Notes under the pieces: model-generated
Seen by the model: the letters and a program-made list of their open reading frames with translations, nothing else
What the model was told of the DNA's origin: nothing
The model's database searches: none
Shown here: positions 1-9,435 of the stretch, piece after piece
Layout of the letters: every line of letters begins with the position of its first letter
Position numbering within the stretch: position 1 is the first letter of the stretch
Source: an uncultured Gammaproteobacteria bacterium
Lineage (GTDB): Bacteria; Patescibacteriota; Microgenomatia; Woykebacterales; RBG-16-39-9b
Length of the DNA: 56,819 nt
NCBI GenBank assembly: GCA_964643435.1
Contig: CAZXPY010000002.1
Coordinates: forward strand, 16,794-73,612
Direction of reading: 5' to 3'
Program-made: the position numbers and the translations under genes

Positions 1-2
1 TG

Positions 3-215
3 CACCTAACAATAATCGAAAAACAAGACCCTCTAAATAATGATGAGAAAGCCTTGATTATGACCCTAGCAAATTTAAGTGTACTTACGCCGACTACGGG
101 CCGCGACGAAATGGTTTCCTCACTCCTTGAAGAAGCAACGAGAACGAGATTGATTAAATTATCACTATTTAAGGCTCTTTGCCAAAAATTCCAAGTGGAT
201 CTTAAGCCACTTTAA
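3..215 (+). CDS. 3' end of a truncated hypothetical protein
   Basis: Open frame from the window edge (HLTIIEKQ...VDLKPL) to TAA at 213-215, followed by a terminator-like hairpin. Confidence 0.5.
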   Translation, partial: HLTIIEKQDPLNNDEKALIMTLANLSVLTPTTGRDEMVSSLLEEATRTRLIKLSLFKALCQKFQVDLKPL

Positions 216-257
216 GCACGCTTTTGCTCATAGACAAGAACCAAAAGCGTGCTTTTT
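214..257 (+). terminator. Intrinsic terminator-like hairpin
   Basis: AAGCACGCTTTTG (214-226) pairs with CAAAAGCGTGCTT (242-254), followed by Ts. Confidence 0.6.
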
Positions 258-280
258 CTATTATCTAGTCGGGCTTTTTA

Positions 281-312
281 GCCCTGAACCAGAACGAAGT
301 TCGGTTCAGGGC
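281..312. repeat. Intergenic palindrome (REP-like)
   Basis: GCCCTGAACC-AGAAC-GAA-GTTC-GGTTCAGGGC nested inverted repeat. Confidence 0.55.
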
Positions 313-352
313 TTGACAACCACTTATAAAATAACCCTATACTAAAAAGTAT

Positions 353-1162
353 ATGATACTATCTCCGGAACTTGATCCCCAAAAGAAAGAAGCTATCGAA
401 GCGGCGATGAACGCGGATTGGGAACGAGCGGTATTTCTAAATTTAGCTTTGCTTAAAAAATATCCAAAAGATATCGAAACCTTAAATCGTTTAGCCCGCG
501 CCTATTTTGAATCTGGAAGCCTAAATAAATCTAAGGCTACCTATAAACGGGTTTTAAATCTAGATCCATACAATAATATCGCTCTCAAAAATTTGCGCCG
601 TCTTATCCATTTAAGGGCAGCTGACTTAGAAAGAAACTCGGCTACCCCACTAAGACCTGAATTATTTTTGAAAGAACCCGGTAAAACAAGAATCTTGTCC
701 CTAGAAGATTTAGCAATGGATCGAATTTTGGCAAGACTGCGAACTGGAGATATATTAGCCTTAAACACTAAGAGAGATGAGGTTATTTTAAGTAACAGGG
801 AAAACGAAAGAATTGGCAAATTACCAAAAATTTGGAGCAAGAAAATCGCTACTGCCCAAAAAGCGGGCAGCAAGTTTAGTGCAATTGTTAAGGCAGTGAA
901 ACAACTTAATTCTGACGGTTATGGAGTTGATGTTCTGATTAGGGAAACTGAAAGGGGTCCAAAAGTTACCCAAGCAATTTTTCCGTCGGAAACTGACTTC
1001 GTTAGCTTTGTTAAAGAAGACGCCATCTCGCTTTTAAACCAACCGACTTTAACAACTTCAGATGATGAGGGGATGATTCTCAAAGAAAAGTCGCCGGAAT
1101 CTACTTCACTGGAGACACTACGAGAACAAGAGGCAACTGAAGAAGACGAAGAAAACGAATAA
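353..1162 (+). CDS. TPR protein with HIRAN-like central domain and acidic tail
   Basis: N-terminal TPR pattern (ETLNRLARAYFESG...AKATYKRVLNLDPYN); HIRAN-like segment (IGKLPK...AGSKFSAIV); E/D-rich C-terminus. Confidence 0.75.
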   Translation: MILSPELDPQKKEAIEAAMNADWERAVFLNLALLKKYPKDIETLNRLARAYFESGSLNKSKATYKRVLNLDPYNNIALKNLRRLIHLRAADLERNSATPLRPELFLKEPGKTRILSLEDLAMDRILARLRTGDILALNTKRDEVILSNRENERIGKLPKIWSKKIATAQKAGSKFSAIVKAVKQLNSDGYGVDVLIRETERGPKVTQAIFPSETDFVSFVKEDAISLLNQPTLTTSDDEGMILKEKSPESTSLETLREQEATEEDEENE

Positions 1163-1165
1163 AAA

Positions 1166-1957
1166 TTAGCTTAATTCTTCCTCACCCACTGTTCCGGTTA
1201 TTTGGGCCTTTCTCACTTCCGGGACCACAACTCCTTCGCTTATTTTCTCTTCTTTTTCAGCTCTCTTTTCTGGTTCCCTTTCAGCGCCTTTTTCCTTCTC
1301 TAGCATTTTTACTTGTGAAGATTCTTTCTTTAGCGGCGCTCTTACCTCATCCTCTATTTTAGCTCCCTTTTCGGAAATTCCCGGTTCTTGTTTAGTTCCT
1401 TTTACAACATCCGTCTTTTTTGGGCTGGTTTCAGTTTCCGGAGCAGGTCTCGTTTCTTCTGAAACCACTTTTTTCTTAATTATAGATTCGATCGCTCCGT
1501 AAGGAGAAGAAATATTAGCCGCTGGAATTTGCAACATAACCTCATCCCCTACTTGGCCTTTAAAATGGTCCACGCCACTAGGCAAAACCTTATAAGAACC
1601 TTCACTGGTAACCGCCGCGAATTTACCATCCTTTTTTGTTAAAATACCAGTTGTTTTATGCCTTTTTACGTGTTCTATCTGCTTAAACCTTTTTTGGCCG
1701 TTTTCCTCAACCAGTTTCAAGGTATCACCTACCACCAGCAAAGATTTTGAAGCGTAGTTTGCGGGCACTTCGAATTTTTCACCCTCACCGGTAACCATCT
1801 GCTCACCATTAAAAATACCTACTTTACCGGGTAATTCCTTGGCGTCTGGTCTTCTAGAAACACCCGTGTTTTCCAAATCAGCCAAAAGCTGGCGAGCTAA
1901 TTTTATTGAACTCTCGGCCGCAGTCAGGGCTTGACGAATTAAATCTATTCTATTTAT
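1166..1957 (-). CDS. Conserved CPR hypothetical protein (VPANYASKS motif); probable ATA start upstream of the called TTG at 1885
   Basis: Frame is open from 1957 (ATA, overlapping the TAA stop of the upstream gene) with SD-like AAGGTGA; core motif VPANYASKSLLVVGDTLKL; charged low-complexity tail. Confidence 0.7.
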   Translation of the reverse strand: MNRIDLIRQALTAAESSIKLARQLLADLENTGVSRRPDAKELPGKVGIFNGEQMVTGEGEKFEVPANYASKSLLVVGDTLKLVEENGQKRFKQIEHVKRHKTTGILTKKDGKFAAVTSEGSYKVLPSGVDHFKGQVGDEVMLQIPAANISSPYGAIESIIKKKVVSEETRPAPETETSPKKTDVVKGTKQEPGISEKGAKIEDEVRAPLKKESSQVKMLEKEKGAEREPEKRAEKEEKISEGVVVPEVRKAQITGTVGEEELS

Positions 1958-4581
1958 GGCTGCTCACCTTCCTTTCTCGGCAAAATTATCTCTCCTGATA
2001 TTATTTCTTTTTCACCAGCAGGGTTTGGGAATTGATGCAACTGCCCAGATTGTTCTTGAAACTTAGCCCTTGAAGGGGGCTCATCAGGAAGATTTGGTGG
2101 GATTGGTTCGGTAACTTCTTTTCCTTCAATCGGTGTTGTTTCAGTTGCCCAAGATGGCAAGATTGGTTGTTGACCCTGCCTAAACTTAGTTTCACTCCAT
2201 TTTCTGATTATTCTTTCTACTTTTTCGACTTCTCTTGAGTATTTTGCCCTTGAGTGAGCGATAGCGCGCTCCTTTGTACCGGTAGTTGTCTGGATTGGCG
2301 ATAGTGACCGGGCACTAAAAGGAGACGAGGCGGCATCGTCTATTTGCAATTTTAGATACATTTCAAACCTACCTAAGTTAATTAGATCATTTTCTAGAAA
2401 GGCTGGTGTAAACTCTCTTTCCAGAAAACGAGCGTCAGTAGGACCGATACCAAAACAAATCAAAGTACCAATATTGCCAAAAACAGCGTCGCGCACGCTC
2501 TCTGGCATCTGCTCAATATATTGATGAGTTAGGGTTAGATCTAGCCGGTATTTCCTTGCTTCCGACAAAACAATCGCGAAAGCTTCGGTGGCAAAGTTTT
2601 GAAATTCATCAGCATAAAGAAAGAAATCCTGACGAGATTCTTCGGGAATATCAACTCTTCTCATCGCCGCAAATTGCAATTGCGAAACGATCATCGCTCC
2701 CAAAAGGGCGGTATTATTGGCACCAATTCTACCGCTTGCCAAGTTAACAAAGAAGAGTTTACCGCCATTTATAACCTCATCTACTTTAATACTACTTTTT
2801 GGTTGCCCAACTATATTTCTAATCAATCCCGAATTAAGAAACTGACCAACTTTATTTTGAATTGGACTAATAGCCTCGGTAATCAATCTTTCGTTTTGCT
2901 CCATCCTGGCAAATTCATTGTTCCAGAAAAGTTTCATTTGAGGATCGTTAATTAAACCAACGATATATTTTCGATAATCCCGATCGGTCAGTAACCGGGT
3001 TATGGAAAGCAGAGAAGTGTTTGGAACTTCAAGTAAGGTAAGGATACAATTTTTTAAAATATATTCTAATCTTGGTCCCCAACTCTCCGCGAAATATTTC
3101 TTAAAAACATCAACTAAAGAATCTGCCGTCAAAGTTCTCTGCCGAGGGTCAAACATTTCTAACATATTTAAAGAAACTGGGTAGAGGGCATCAGCTGGGT
3201 TAAAAATAACTACATCTTCTAAACGCTCTTCTGGTACAAAATCTAGCAGTTCATCAATTAATTGCCCGTGCGGATCCAAAACCGCTAGACCTTCTCCAGC
3301 CCTCATATCTTGGATAATCATATTTTTAAGAAGAGTACTCTTGCCTGTTCCGGTTTTCCCGATTATATAGATATGTTTTCGGCGGTCAGATTTTTTAATA
3401 CCAAAAGGAATTTTTACATCCCGAAAAATTGTCTCACCAATAATAGTGCTTCCGCTCGTTGGTAAATTTAATGGCGGCTCCCCTTTCTTTGCCCTTGTCC
3501 AAGATATAGTCGGAGTCTCGACACTGATATTAGGCAGGTGAAATATCGAGGCAAGTTCTTCAATCGTTAAAACATAGTCGCCTTCTTGTTTTGGGAGGAA
3601 TAAGCGATCTTGAAATTCTTTAATAATTGCGGTTGCGTTCGGTGAATCGGGGTTAGCAGCGAATCCATTTAAACTAGCCGTGGAAAATTGTTGAAAACTA
3701 GCTAAAGCCCCGGAAAGCCTGTTTTCAGCTGCCGACGCGGTCGACGCGATTGCTACGACTCTAATTTTTGTCTCAAATCCCATTTTAGAAAGTTTATTTT
3801 CAATAAGTTTCAAGTCAAGTTCTTTACCAGCTGAAAGTCTAACTGGTTGGGGTGGACCGCTTCTTTGAGGTTCTAACGGAACTGGTCCTCTCATTGCGTG
3901 ACTAAAAACATTACCAAAAATATTCAACGTGTGTTTCCCAACATCCAAGGCAATTCCTCTTGGGTCCAAGCTAATTTCTCCCTGACCCATCCTGACTGAT
4001 TCAACATAATCGTGACCCCTTTCTTGCCAAAAATCGTCAACCGGTCTAATTAAAATTTGAACCCAGATCCTCTCATCCGGTCCTAAATTACCGACGGCGC
4101 TAGTTATCGCCGCCAAGGGATCGACTTCAAAATCCCTAAAGGTCTTGATCGGGAAGATAAAATCTTTAGCGAGAGAAATTTCGCTAGCAGCAACGTTCGC
4201 ACCAGCCGGAATACTCCTAGTATAATCTAAGGCTTGTTTTATCTCGGCATCGGGATATTGAGCGTAAATTTGGGATTGAACAAAGTTTTCAAAAATTTTA
4301 GGAGTATAGACATAAAAACGGATACCTTCAGTACTGGAAGCGATTTCTAAGGATAAGTGTTCTTTAATTTGGGGAGTAAATCGAATTAGACCATGTAAAG
4401 AAGCAAACATCTGCTCCGCCGCAATCGGAAGTTTTTCATTTTCCCGAGGAAGCTGTATGGAAAGAAGAACCCCCTCCTTACTAGCATTAGCGGTCGCCTC
4501 AATGCTTAGTTTTCTAGCTGCCCGGTAAGCAAAGAAAAAAGCTAAGGCAAGAACAATTATGATTACTGAAACATAAAGCAT
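1954..4581 (-). CDS. VirB4/TraD-like (HerA-FtsK superfamily) type IV secretion-type ATPase with N-terminal TM
   Basis: Walker A GKTGTGKS, LAVLDPHG, Walker B LYADEFQN, and EARKYRLDLTLTHQYIEQ motif. Confidence 0.9.
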   Translation of the reverse strand: MLYVSVIIIVLALAFFFAYRAARKLSIEATANASKEGVLLSIQLPRENEKLPIAAEQMFASLHGLIRFTPQIKEHLSLEIASSTEGIRFYVYTPKIFENFVQSQIYAQYPDAEIKQALDYTRSIPAGANVAASEISLAKDFIFPIKTFRDFEVDPLAAITSAVGNLGPDERIWVQILIRPVDDFWQERGHDYVESVRMGQGEISLDPRGIALDVGKHTLNIFGNVFSHAMRGPVPLEPQRSGPPQPVRLSAGKELDLKLIENKLSKMGFETKIRVVAIASTASAAENRLSGALASFQQFSTASLNGFAANPDSPNATAIIKEFQDRLFLPKQEGDYVLTIEELASIFHLPNISVETPTISWTRAKKGEPPLNLPTSGSTIIGETIFRDVKIPFGIKKSDRRKHIYIIGKTGTGKSTLLKNMIIQDMRAGEGLAVLDPHGQLIDELLDFVPEERLEDVVIFNPADALYPVSLNMLEMFDPRQRTLTADSLVDVFKKYFAESWGPRLEYILKNCILTLLEVPNTSLLSITRLLTDRDYRKYIVGLINDPQMKLFWNNEFARMEQNERLITEAISPIQNKVGQFLNSGLIRNIVGQPKSSIKVDEVINGGKLFFVNLASGRIGANNTALLGAMIVSQLQFAAMRRVDIPEESRQDFFLYADEFQNFATEAFAIVLSEARKYRLDLTLTHQYIEQMPESVRDAVFGNIGTLICFGIGPTDARFLEREFTPAFLENDLINLGRFEMYLKLQIDDAASSPFSARSLSPIQTTTGTKERAIAHSRAKYSREVEKVERIIRKWSETKFRQGQQPILPSWATETTPIEGKEVTEPIPPNLPDEPPSRAKFQEQSGQLHQFPNPAGEKEIISGEIILPRKEGEQP

Positions 4582-4643
4582 TTATTAACCTCTCTTGTTT
4601 ACTACAAAAGTTTTGTAGTTTTCTCCTCTTCTTTATTCAAGCT

Positions 4644-4672
4644 ATTCTAGCGCAAACTTAACCATAAGTCAA
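4644..4672 (-). promoter_or_regulatory. Sigma70-type promoter for the ATPase gene
   Basis: TTGACT-17 nt-TAGAAT on the minus strand. Confidence 0.7.
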
Positions 4673-4776
4673 GGCGCGAAGGGCCGCCGACCCCGTGAAA
4701 ATCGCTCTTTGAGCCGTGTACGAATAGTACTGAAAAGGCGAAAAGTAAGATCGTTCGGGGTCAATCTGTTTTAACT

Positions 4777-4810
4777 AAAAAAGCGCTTACCCTTAGGAAA
4801 GCGCTTTTTT
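4777..4810. terminator. Bidirectional intrinsic terminator
   Basis: AAAAAAGCGCTT...AAGCGCTTTTTT stem with A and T tracts. Confidence 0.75.
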
Positions 4811-4836
4811 AGGGGACACTAATTTTGGTGTCCCCT
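4811..4836. repeat. REP-like palindrome
   Basis: AGGGGACAC-8 nt-GTGTCCCCT. Confidence 0.5.
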
Positions 4837-4985
4837 GGAAGAAAGGAGAGAGATCAAGAATTATGATAACACACCTTAACCCAAAAGTCAAGGTATTATA
4901 CCAATCACTAATTTATCCACCAAAATATCGTTTAATCCATTTCCAATCCGCTACTTCCTGCAGATTTACCACAGCGAACCTTTCA

Positions 4986-6077
4986 CTAGTCACTAATTAA
5001 TTCAAGACGGTGGTAGAAATCTCTTCCTAAAACGATGACTATATCTCCTTGGGCGTCGGGTAATTCCTCTTTTATGATTTTTACTTGTAAAAATTTAGCC
5101 AATTTAGCAACGGTTCGGCTATTTTCCTTAGTGTAAATTAAAGTTTCAGTTGTTTGTTCCTCGTTTTTAACAGAAACAACTTCTAAGCCCATATTGGTAA
5201 TTACTCTTGAAACAAAGTTTCCCATACCGGATACTTGCGTAGCGTTCCTAATTTCAATTTTTTTAGCCTCACTGGCTAAGTTGGTATCGAGTAGATTTTC
5301 GGAAATGATATTATCAAGCAACTGCGGATCAAAATTAACTCCTTTTAAAGTTTTATCTAAATAAATAAATTCTAATTTGTCTAAGCTGCGAGTATTTTTT
5401 ATTTTCCAGGAAAGTGAAAGAAAATCTTTGAGTGAAAGTGAAGTTTTTATTTGCTTTGGTGGCCAGCTTTCTTTAAAAGGCTGGAGGAAAAAATCAAGAG
5501 TAAATAATTTTCCCTTTAGTCTTTGCAAATTTTCTTCACTTAAAGATACTTCGTTTAAGGCGATATACCCGTCAATCGGAACTGCTAATGCCCTCTGGAC
5601 AGAAGAGAGCAAAATATCAATCCCCTTCTTTTCTTTTTCCGTTTGTCCTAGCCAATAAGAACTGTAAAGAGGTTGGGTTCCGTAATTTTTGGGCAAGGAA
5701 ACTTCCACTTCCTTGGGTACAAAAATCACCATTAACCTCTCTTCTTTTTTTTCGTAAGATAGTAAAGCTAACTCCCCCACTTGATCAGATTTTAAATTTA
5801 TGAGTAAAATATTTACTCTTGTTTTGAAATCTAGGGCTTTTTCGTAATTTAAAGTAGATGGCAGTTTATTAAAAGGTCGGAAAATTGATGAGGTGACCTG
5901 TGAAAATCTAAAGACAAGATTAAAGATAATGGCTCCAAGAGCCAAAATAATAAGAAAGCGCAAAATATTCTTTCTTTGCCTACCTACTTGTTCCTTTTGC
6001 CAGAGTTTATGACCTTTTGTTTGACCGAATACTTTAGCGGAAAATCCTCTTAGGAAAACTTTATGGAGCTTGGGCAT
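4986..6077 (-). CDS. LytR-CpsA-Psr (LCP)-like protein with LytR_C domain
   Basis: N-terminal TM; RVNILLI...LMVIFVP LCP-like core; C-terminal IEIRNAT...G...VVLGRDF LytR_C signature. Confidence 0.8.
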   Translation of the reverse strand: MPKLHKVFLRGFSAKVFGQTKGHKLWQKEQVGRQRKNILRFLIILALGAIIFNLVFRFSQVTSSIFRPFNKLPSTLNYEKALDFKTRVNILLINLKSDQVGELALLSYEKKEERLMVIFVPKEVEVSLPKNYGTQPLYSSYWLGQTEKEKKGIDILLSSVQRALAVPIDGYIALNEVSLSEENLQRLKGKLFTLDFFLQPFKESWPPKQIKTSLSLKDFLSLSWKIKNTRSLDKLEFIYLDKTLKGVNFDPQLLDNIISENLLDTNLASEAKKIEIRNATQVSGMGNFVSRVITNMGLEVVSVKNEEQTTETLIYTKENSRTVAKLAKFLQVKIIKEELPDAQGDIVIVLGRDFYHRLELISD

Positions 6078-6083
6078 ATTTAA

Positions 6084-7766
6084 TTAGTTATTCCCTACCC
6101 TTTCTTTTAATTCTTTAAGATGGGTTTTCCTTAGTCGCGACAGGTTAATTTCTTTCTTCCAGGATCGTAATAACAGCTCTACTGTTTTCTCTCCTCCTAA
6201 AATTCTGGGAATAATGCAATAATCAGCTCCTTTTTCGTAAAGTTCCAAAGCCCCCTCTTCGGTCGGCGAAGTAACAATTTTTGTAAGAGCGCTACCTCTT
6301 TTTTTAAGTTCGTTAAGAACCTGCAGATTATCTTCTTTATCAAAAACCGTACTGACAATAAGTTTAGCTTCCTTGAGGCGGGCTTGATCAACAATTTCTG
6401 GATCAGAAATATCACCAAATAAAGTGTTTATCCCTTCACTGTCAAGCCGATTAACAACGAGAGGGTTAAAATCTACTACCAATGTAGGCACTTTTTTTCT
6501 CTTGAAAAGTCCCAATAAATTCGATCCAAGCCGACCGCAACCAATTAAAACAACGTGATCTTTCAATTCTCCTTCTTCTTTCCGAATTTTTTCGTCTGGG
6601 TTTCTCCGCTCAAAAAGCGAAAGTAAAGAGTTAGAATAGTTTATAATTTTACGATCAAATATAACTAAATAAGAAGAAACAGCAAAGGTTATTAAACTAA
6701 CCAACGTGACTAAAGAGACAGTTTCTCTCTCTACAAGTTGAAAAGCGGCTAGCACCAAAATCAAAACAAGGGAAAATTCACTAATTTGAGCAAGTGATAT
6801 GCCAGTAAAAAGAGCGGTTCTTTTTCTAAATCCAAGATAAAGCATACTTAAGGTTACGCTGATCAACTTTACTAAAATAATTGCCAGTGAAATTACTAAC
6901 GCTTGGCTAAAAATAACTTTTAAATTACTTAGGGAAATTTGGGTTCCTAAAAATACAAAAAAGATAACCAAGAAAAAATCGCGCAAAGGTCTAATTCTAG
7001 AGGCGATTTGGTATTCCTCCCTGGTATTTGCTAGGCTCAAACCAGCTAAAAAAGCACCGGCACTTGGAGAAAAATCTAGAAAATTTGCTAAGGCTGCCAT
7101 CATAAAAGCGTAAGCGAGCGCCCCTAAAAACAAGACTTCCAAATTTTTAGCTAACTTATCAAAAATAGAGGCTAGTAAAAATTCTTTTAGTAAAATCACC
7201 AAAATAATAAGGGTCAAACCTTTAAGAATAATGCTGGAAACAATAAAGGTCGGCGTGAAGTTTCCCAATTGGCTAAGAACAATTAAAACAGCAATAGCGA
7301 TCAGATCCTGTAAGATCAAGATACCAACGGTAATTTGGCCGTAGAGTGAATCCAAATCTCTTTTGTCAGAGAGTAACTTGACTACTAGAGCCGTGCTACT
7401 AAAAACAGACACCAGTGCCAAAAGAAGGGCATTAGTTTGGGATAAATTCAAATATTTAGCAACTGCAAATACAACTGCGAAAGTTAGTAAAACTTGAATA
7501 AAAGTAATCAAGGGTATTTTTTTAGAAAAGCCGGCTAGTTCTCGAAATTTTAGTTCTAGCCCTACTAAAAAAAGTAATAAAGCGATTCCCACTTGGGCAA
7601 AAGAAGCAAAAATTTCTTGGCTGGAAAAAGTTGAAAAGACCGGTCCGATTATTAAACCAGCGAGAATATACCCAAAAACTAGAGGTTGTTTAAAAAAAGA
7701 AGCTAGCGCACCTAAGAAACTCGCCAGCGCCAAAGCAAGAGTTATCTCCAAAAAAATGGCAGGCAT
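6084..7766 (-). CDS. CPA2 (Kef-type) cation:proton antiporter with TrkA_N domain
   Basis: About 12 TM segments; GILILQDLIA motif; C-terminal HVVLIGCGRLG Rossmann fold. Confidence 0.92.
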   Translation of the reverse strand: MPAIFLEITLALALASFLGALASFFKQPLVFGYILAGLIIGPVFSTFSSQEIFASFAQVGIALLLFLVGLELKFRELAGFSKKIPLITFIQVLLTFAVVFAVAKYLNLSQTNALLLALVSVFSSTALVVKLLSDKRDLDSLYGQITVGILILQDLIAIAVLIVLSQLGNFTPTFIVSSIILKGLTLIILVILLKEFLLASIFDKLAKNLEVLFLGALAYAFMMAALANFLDFSPSAGAFLAGLSLANTREEYQIASRIRPLRDFFLVIFFVFLGTQISLSNLKVIFSQALVISLAIILVKLISVTLSMLYLGFRKRTALFTGISLAQISEFSLVLILVLAAFQLVERETVSLVTLVSLITFAVSSYLVIFDRKIINYSNSLLSLFERRNPDEKIRKEEGELKDHVVLIGCGRLGSNLLGLFKRKKVPTLVVDFNPLVVNRLDSEGINTLFGDISDPEIVDQARLKEAKLIVSTVFDKEDNLQVLNELKKRGSALTKIVTSPTEEGALELYEKGADYCIIPRILGGEKTVELLLRSWKKEINLSRLRKTHLKELKERVGNN

Positions 7767-7784
7767 AAGTATATTTTACCAAGT

Positions 7785-8669
7785 TTAGCTAATTTTTTCT
7801 AAGAGCGCTCGCAATTCATCTGGAAGTGGAGCGTTGAATTCCACAAATCGCCCCGTTTTTGGGTGAATAAAGCCTAGGGAAGTTGCGTGGAGAAACGGCC
7901 GTTTTAGTAGTGGTTTTCCGCCGTAGAGCTTATCTCCGACTATTGGGTGGCCGATTGCCGAAAAATGAACTCTAATTTGGTGCGTCCGACCAGTTTTTGG
8001 TTCCACTTCTAATAAACTGTATCTTTCACCAAAATATTGTTTAACCCCGTAGAGCGTTTTCGCTTCTTTTCCGTTTGGACCAACCCGCCACTTTTTGATG
8101 GTAAAGGGGTCTCTTTCAATTTTTAGATTTATCTCTCCATTTTCTGGTGTAAGTTTTCCGGAAACTAGACAGAGGTATTTTTTGGAAACACTTCTTTTTT
8201 TAAACTGTTCCTGTAAAAATTTTAAGGCACTTTCTGTTTTGGCGACTACTAAGCAACCGCTGGTTCCGCGATCTAATCGGTGAACAATTCCCGGACGGGT
8301 CTTTTCACCGGGAAGAATTTTGTTTGTGTGGCTGGCAATCGCGTTAGCTAAAGTTCCCTTATGGTAATCGGAAGTTGGATAAATCACCACTCCAGAGGCT
8401 TTATTAATAACCAAAATTTCACTATCTTCATAGATTATCTTTAGGGGAATTTTTTCCGGTTGGATTCTTTTAGGAGGAGGAAAAGTTATTTCCAGAAAAT
8501 CGTCTTTGCGAAGGTTGTAACTAGCTTCCGTAGGTTTTTTGTTTACCGTGATTTGGCGGCTCTTAATTAGTTTCTGAATCTCACTACGACTTATGGGTTC
8601 TAAGATCTTAACAAGGTATTTATCAAGCCTACTTATCTTTGGTTTAACCTTAATTAAAATCCTTCTCAC
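7785..8669 (-). CDS. rluD: RluA/RluD-family 23S rRNA pseudouridine synthase
   Basis: S4 domain (RLDKYL...SRS), INKASG, catalytic HRLDRGTSG, GRTHQIRVH. Confidence 0.9.
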   Translation of the reverse strand: MRRILIKVKPKISRLDKYLVKILEPISRSEIQKLIKSRQITVNKKPTEASYNLRKDDFLEITFPPPKRIQPEKIPLKIIYEDSEILVINKASGVVIYPTSDYHKGTLANAIASHTNKILPGEKTRPGIVHRLDRGTSGCLVVAKTESALKFLQEQFKKRSVSKKYLCLVSGKLTPENGEINLKIERDPFTIKKWRVGPNGKEAKTLYGVKQYFGERYSLLEVEPKTGRTHQIRVHFSAIGHPIVGDKLYGGKPLLKRPFLHATSLGFIHPKTGRFVEFNAPLPDELRALLEKIS

Positions 8670-9052
8670 ACTTTCTTATTCAGAAACATATTAATTTCGT
8701 TCAAAATCTCGTCCGGTGCCATCGCACTTTTAATAATGTAGCCACTCGCTCCAAGGGTAAAACCCTCTTTAATAATCGCGTCTTGCCCTAAATTTGTTAG
8801 TATTACGATTGGTCCATTTTTGACTTTTGGCGGCTTATTTTTGGCATCTCTAAGAATCTCTAAGCCATCTTTTTTAGGTAACATAATATCAAGTAAAACT
8901 AGATCATAACCACCAGCTAAAAATTTTTGCTCGCCTTCAAGACCATCAGCCGCAACTTCCACCTCGTAACCTTCTTCGGTCAAAAGTTCTTGATAAAATT
9001 CCCTCATAAACTGATCATCTTCGACTACTAATATTTTTTTGGTACTCTCCAT
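8666..9052 (-). CDS. Stand-alone response regulator receiver
   Basis: ILVVEDD, DLVLLDIMLP (phospho-Asp), ILTN, YIIK motifs. Confidence 0.93.
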   Translation of the reverse strand: MESTKKILVVEDDQFMREFYQELLTEEGYEVEVAADGLEGEQKFLAGGYDLVLLDIMLPKKDGLEILRDAKNKPPKVKNGPIVILTNLGQDAIIKEGFTLGASGYIIKSAMAPDEILNEINMFLNKKV

Positions 9053-9087
9053 AATTGACCTCCTTTAAGTTCAGGGATTGACGTTCT

Positions 9088-9435
9088 TTAGGATCTCTGA
9101 CGTACTTTACTTTGACAATTAATACAAAGTACGGCTTGGGGCATAACCCCTAGCCTACCAGAATTAATTTTTTGACCGCAGCGCTTGCAGATTCCGTATT
9201 TGCCTTCTTCTATTCTTTTTAAGGCTTCTTGAACCTGACGTAAATTTTCTGTTAATTGAATTTGGGTAGCGTAAATACGATCATGTCCTTCTGTTTCCGT
9301 AATGTCATCATCTAACGTGTTTGAGATACTCCTATTCTCAAGAAGATAAGGATCCTCTTTTTTGTACAAATCTATTTCTTTCTCTAACTTAGATTTCAAT
9401 TCTTTCAATTTATTTTTAATTGTAGTGTAATTCAA
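9088..9435 (-). CDS. DksA/TraR C4 zinc-finger protein
   Basis: Coiled coil then YGICKRCG...RL...P.AVLCINCQ. Confidence 0.9.
   Translation of the reverse strand: MNYTTIKNKLKELKSKLEKEIDLYKKEDPYLLENRSISNTLDDDITETEGHDRIYATQIQLTENLRQVQEALKRIEEGKYGICKRCGQKINSGRLGVMPQAVLCINCQSKVRQRS

Noticed and set aside
313-343. TTGACA...TATACT promoter for the TPR gene
   Set aside because: Spacer is 19 nt; too weak to call.
1954-4581. Conjugative element around the VirB4-like ATPase
   Set aside because: No relaxase, integrase, other vir genes or att sites; neighbours are housekeeping, as usual for chromosomal CPR copies.
9047-9064. Self-target of guide AAGGAGGTCAACAGTAAT at the response regulator RBS
   Set aside because: Only the first 11 nt match (AAGGAGGTCAA), mostly generic SD; the second half does not.
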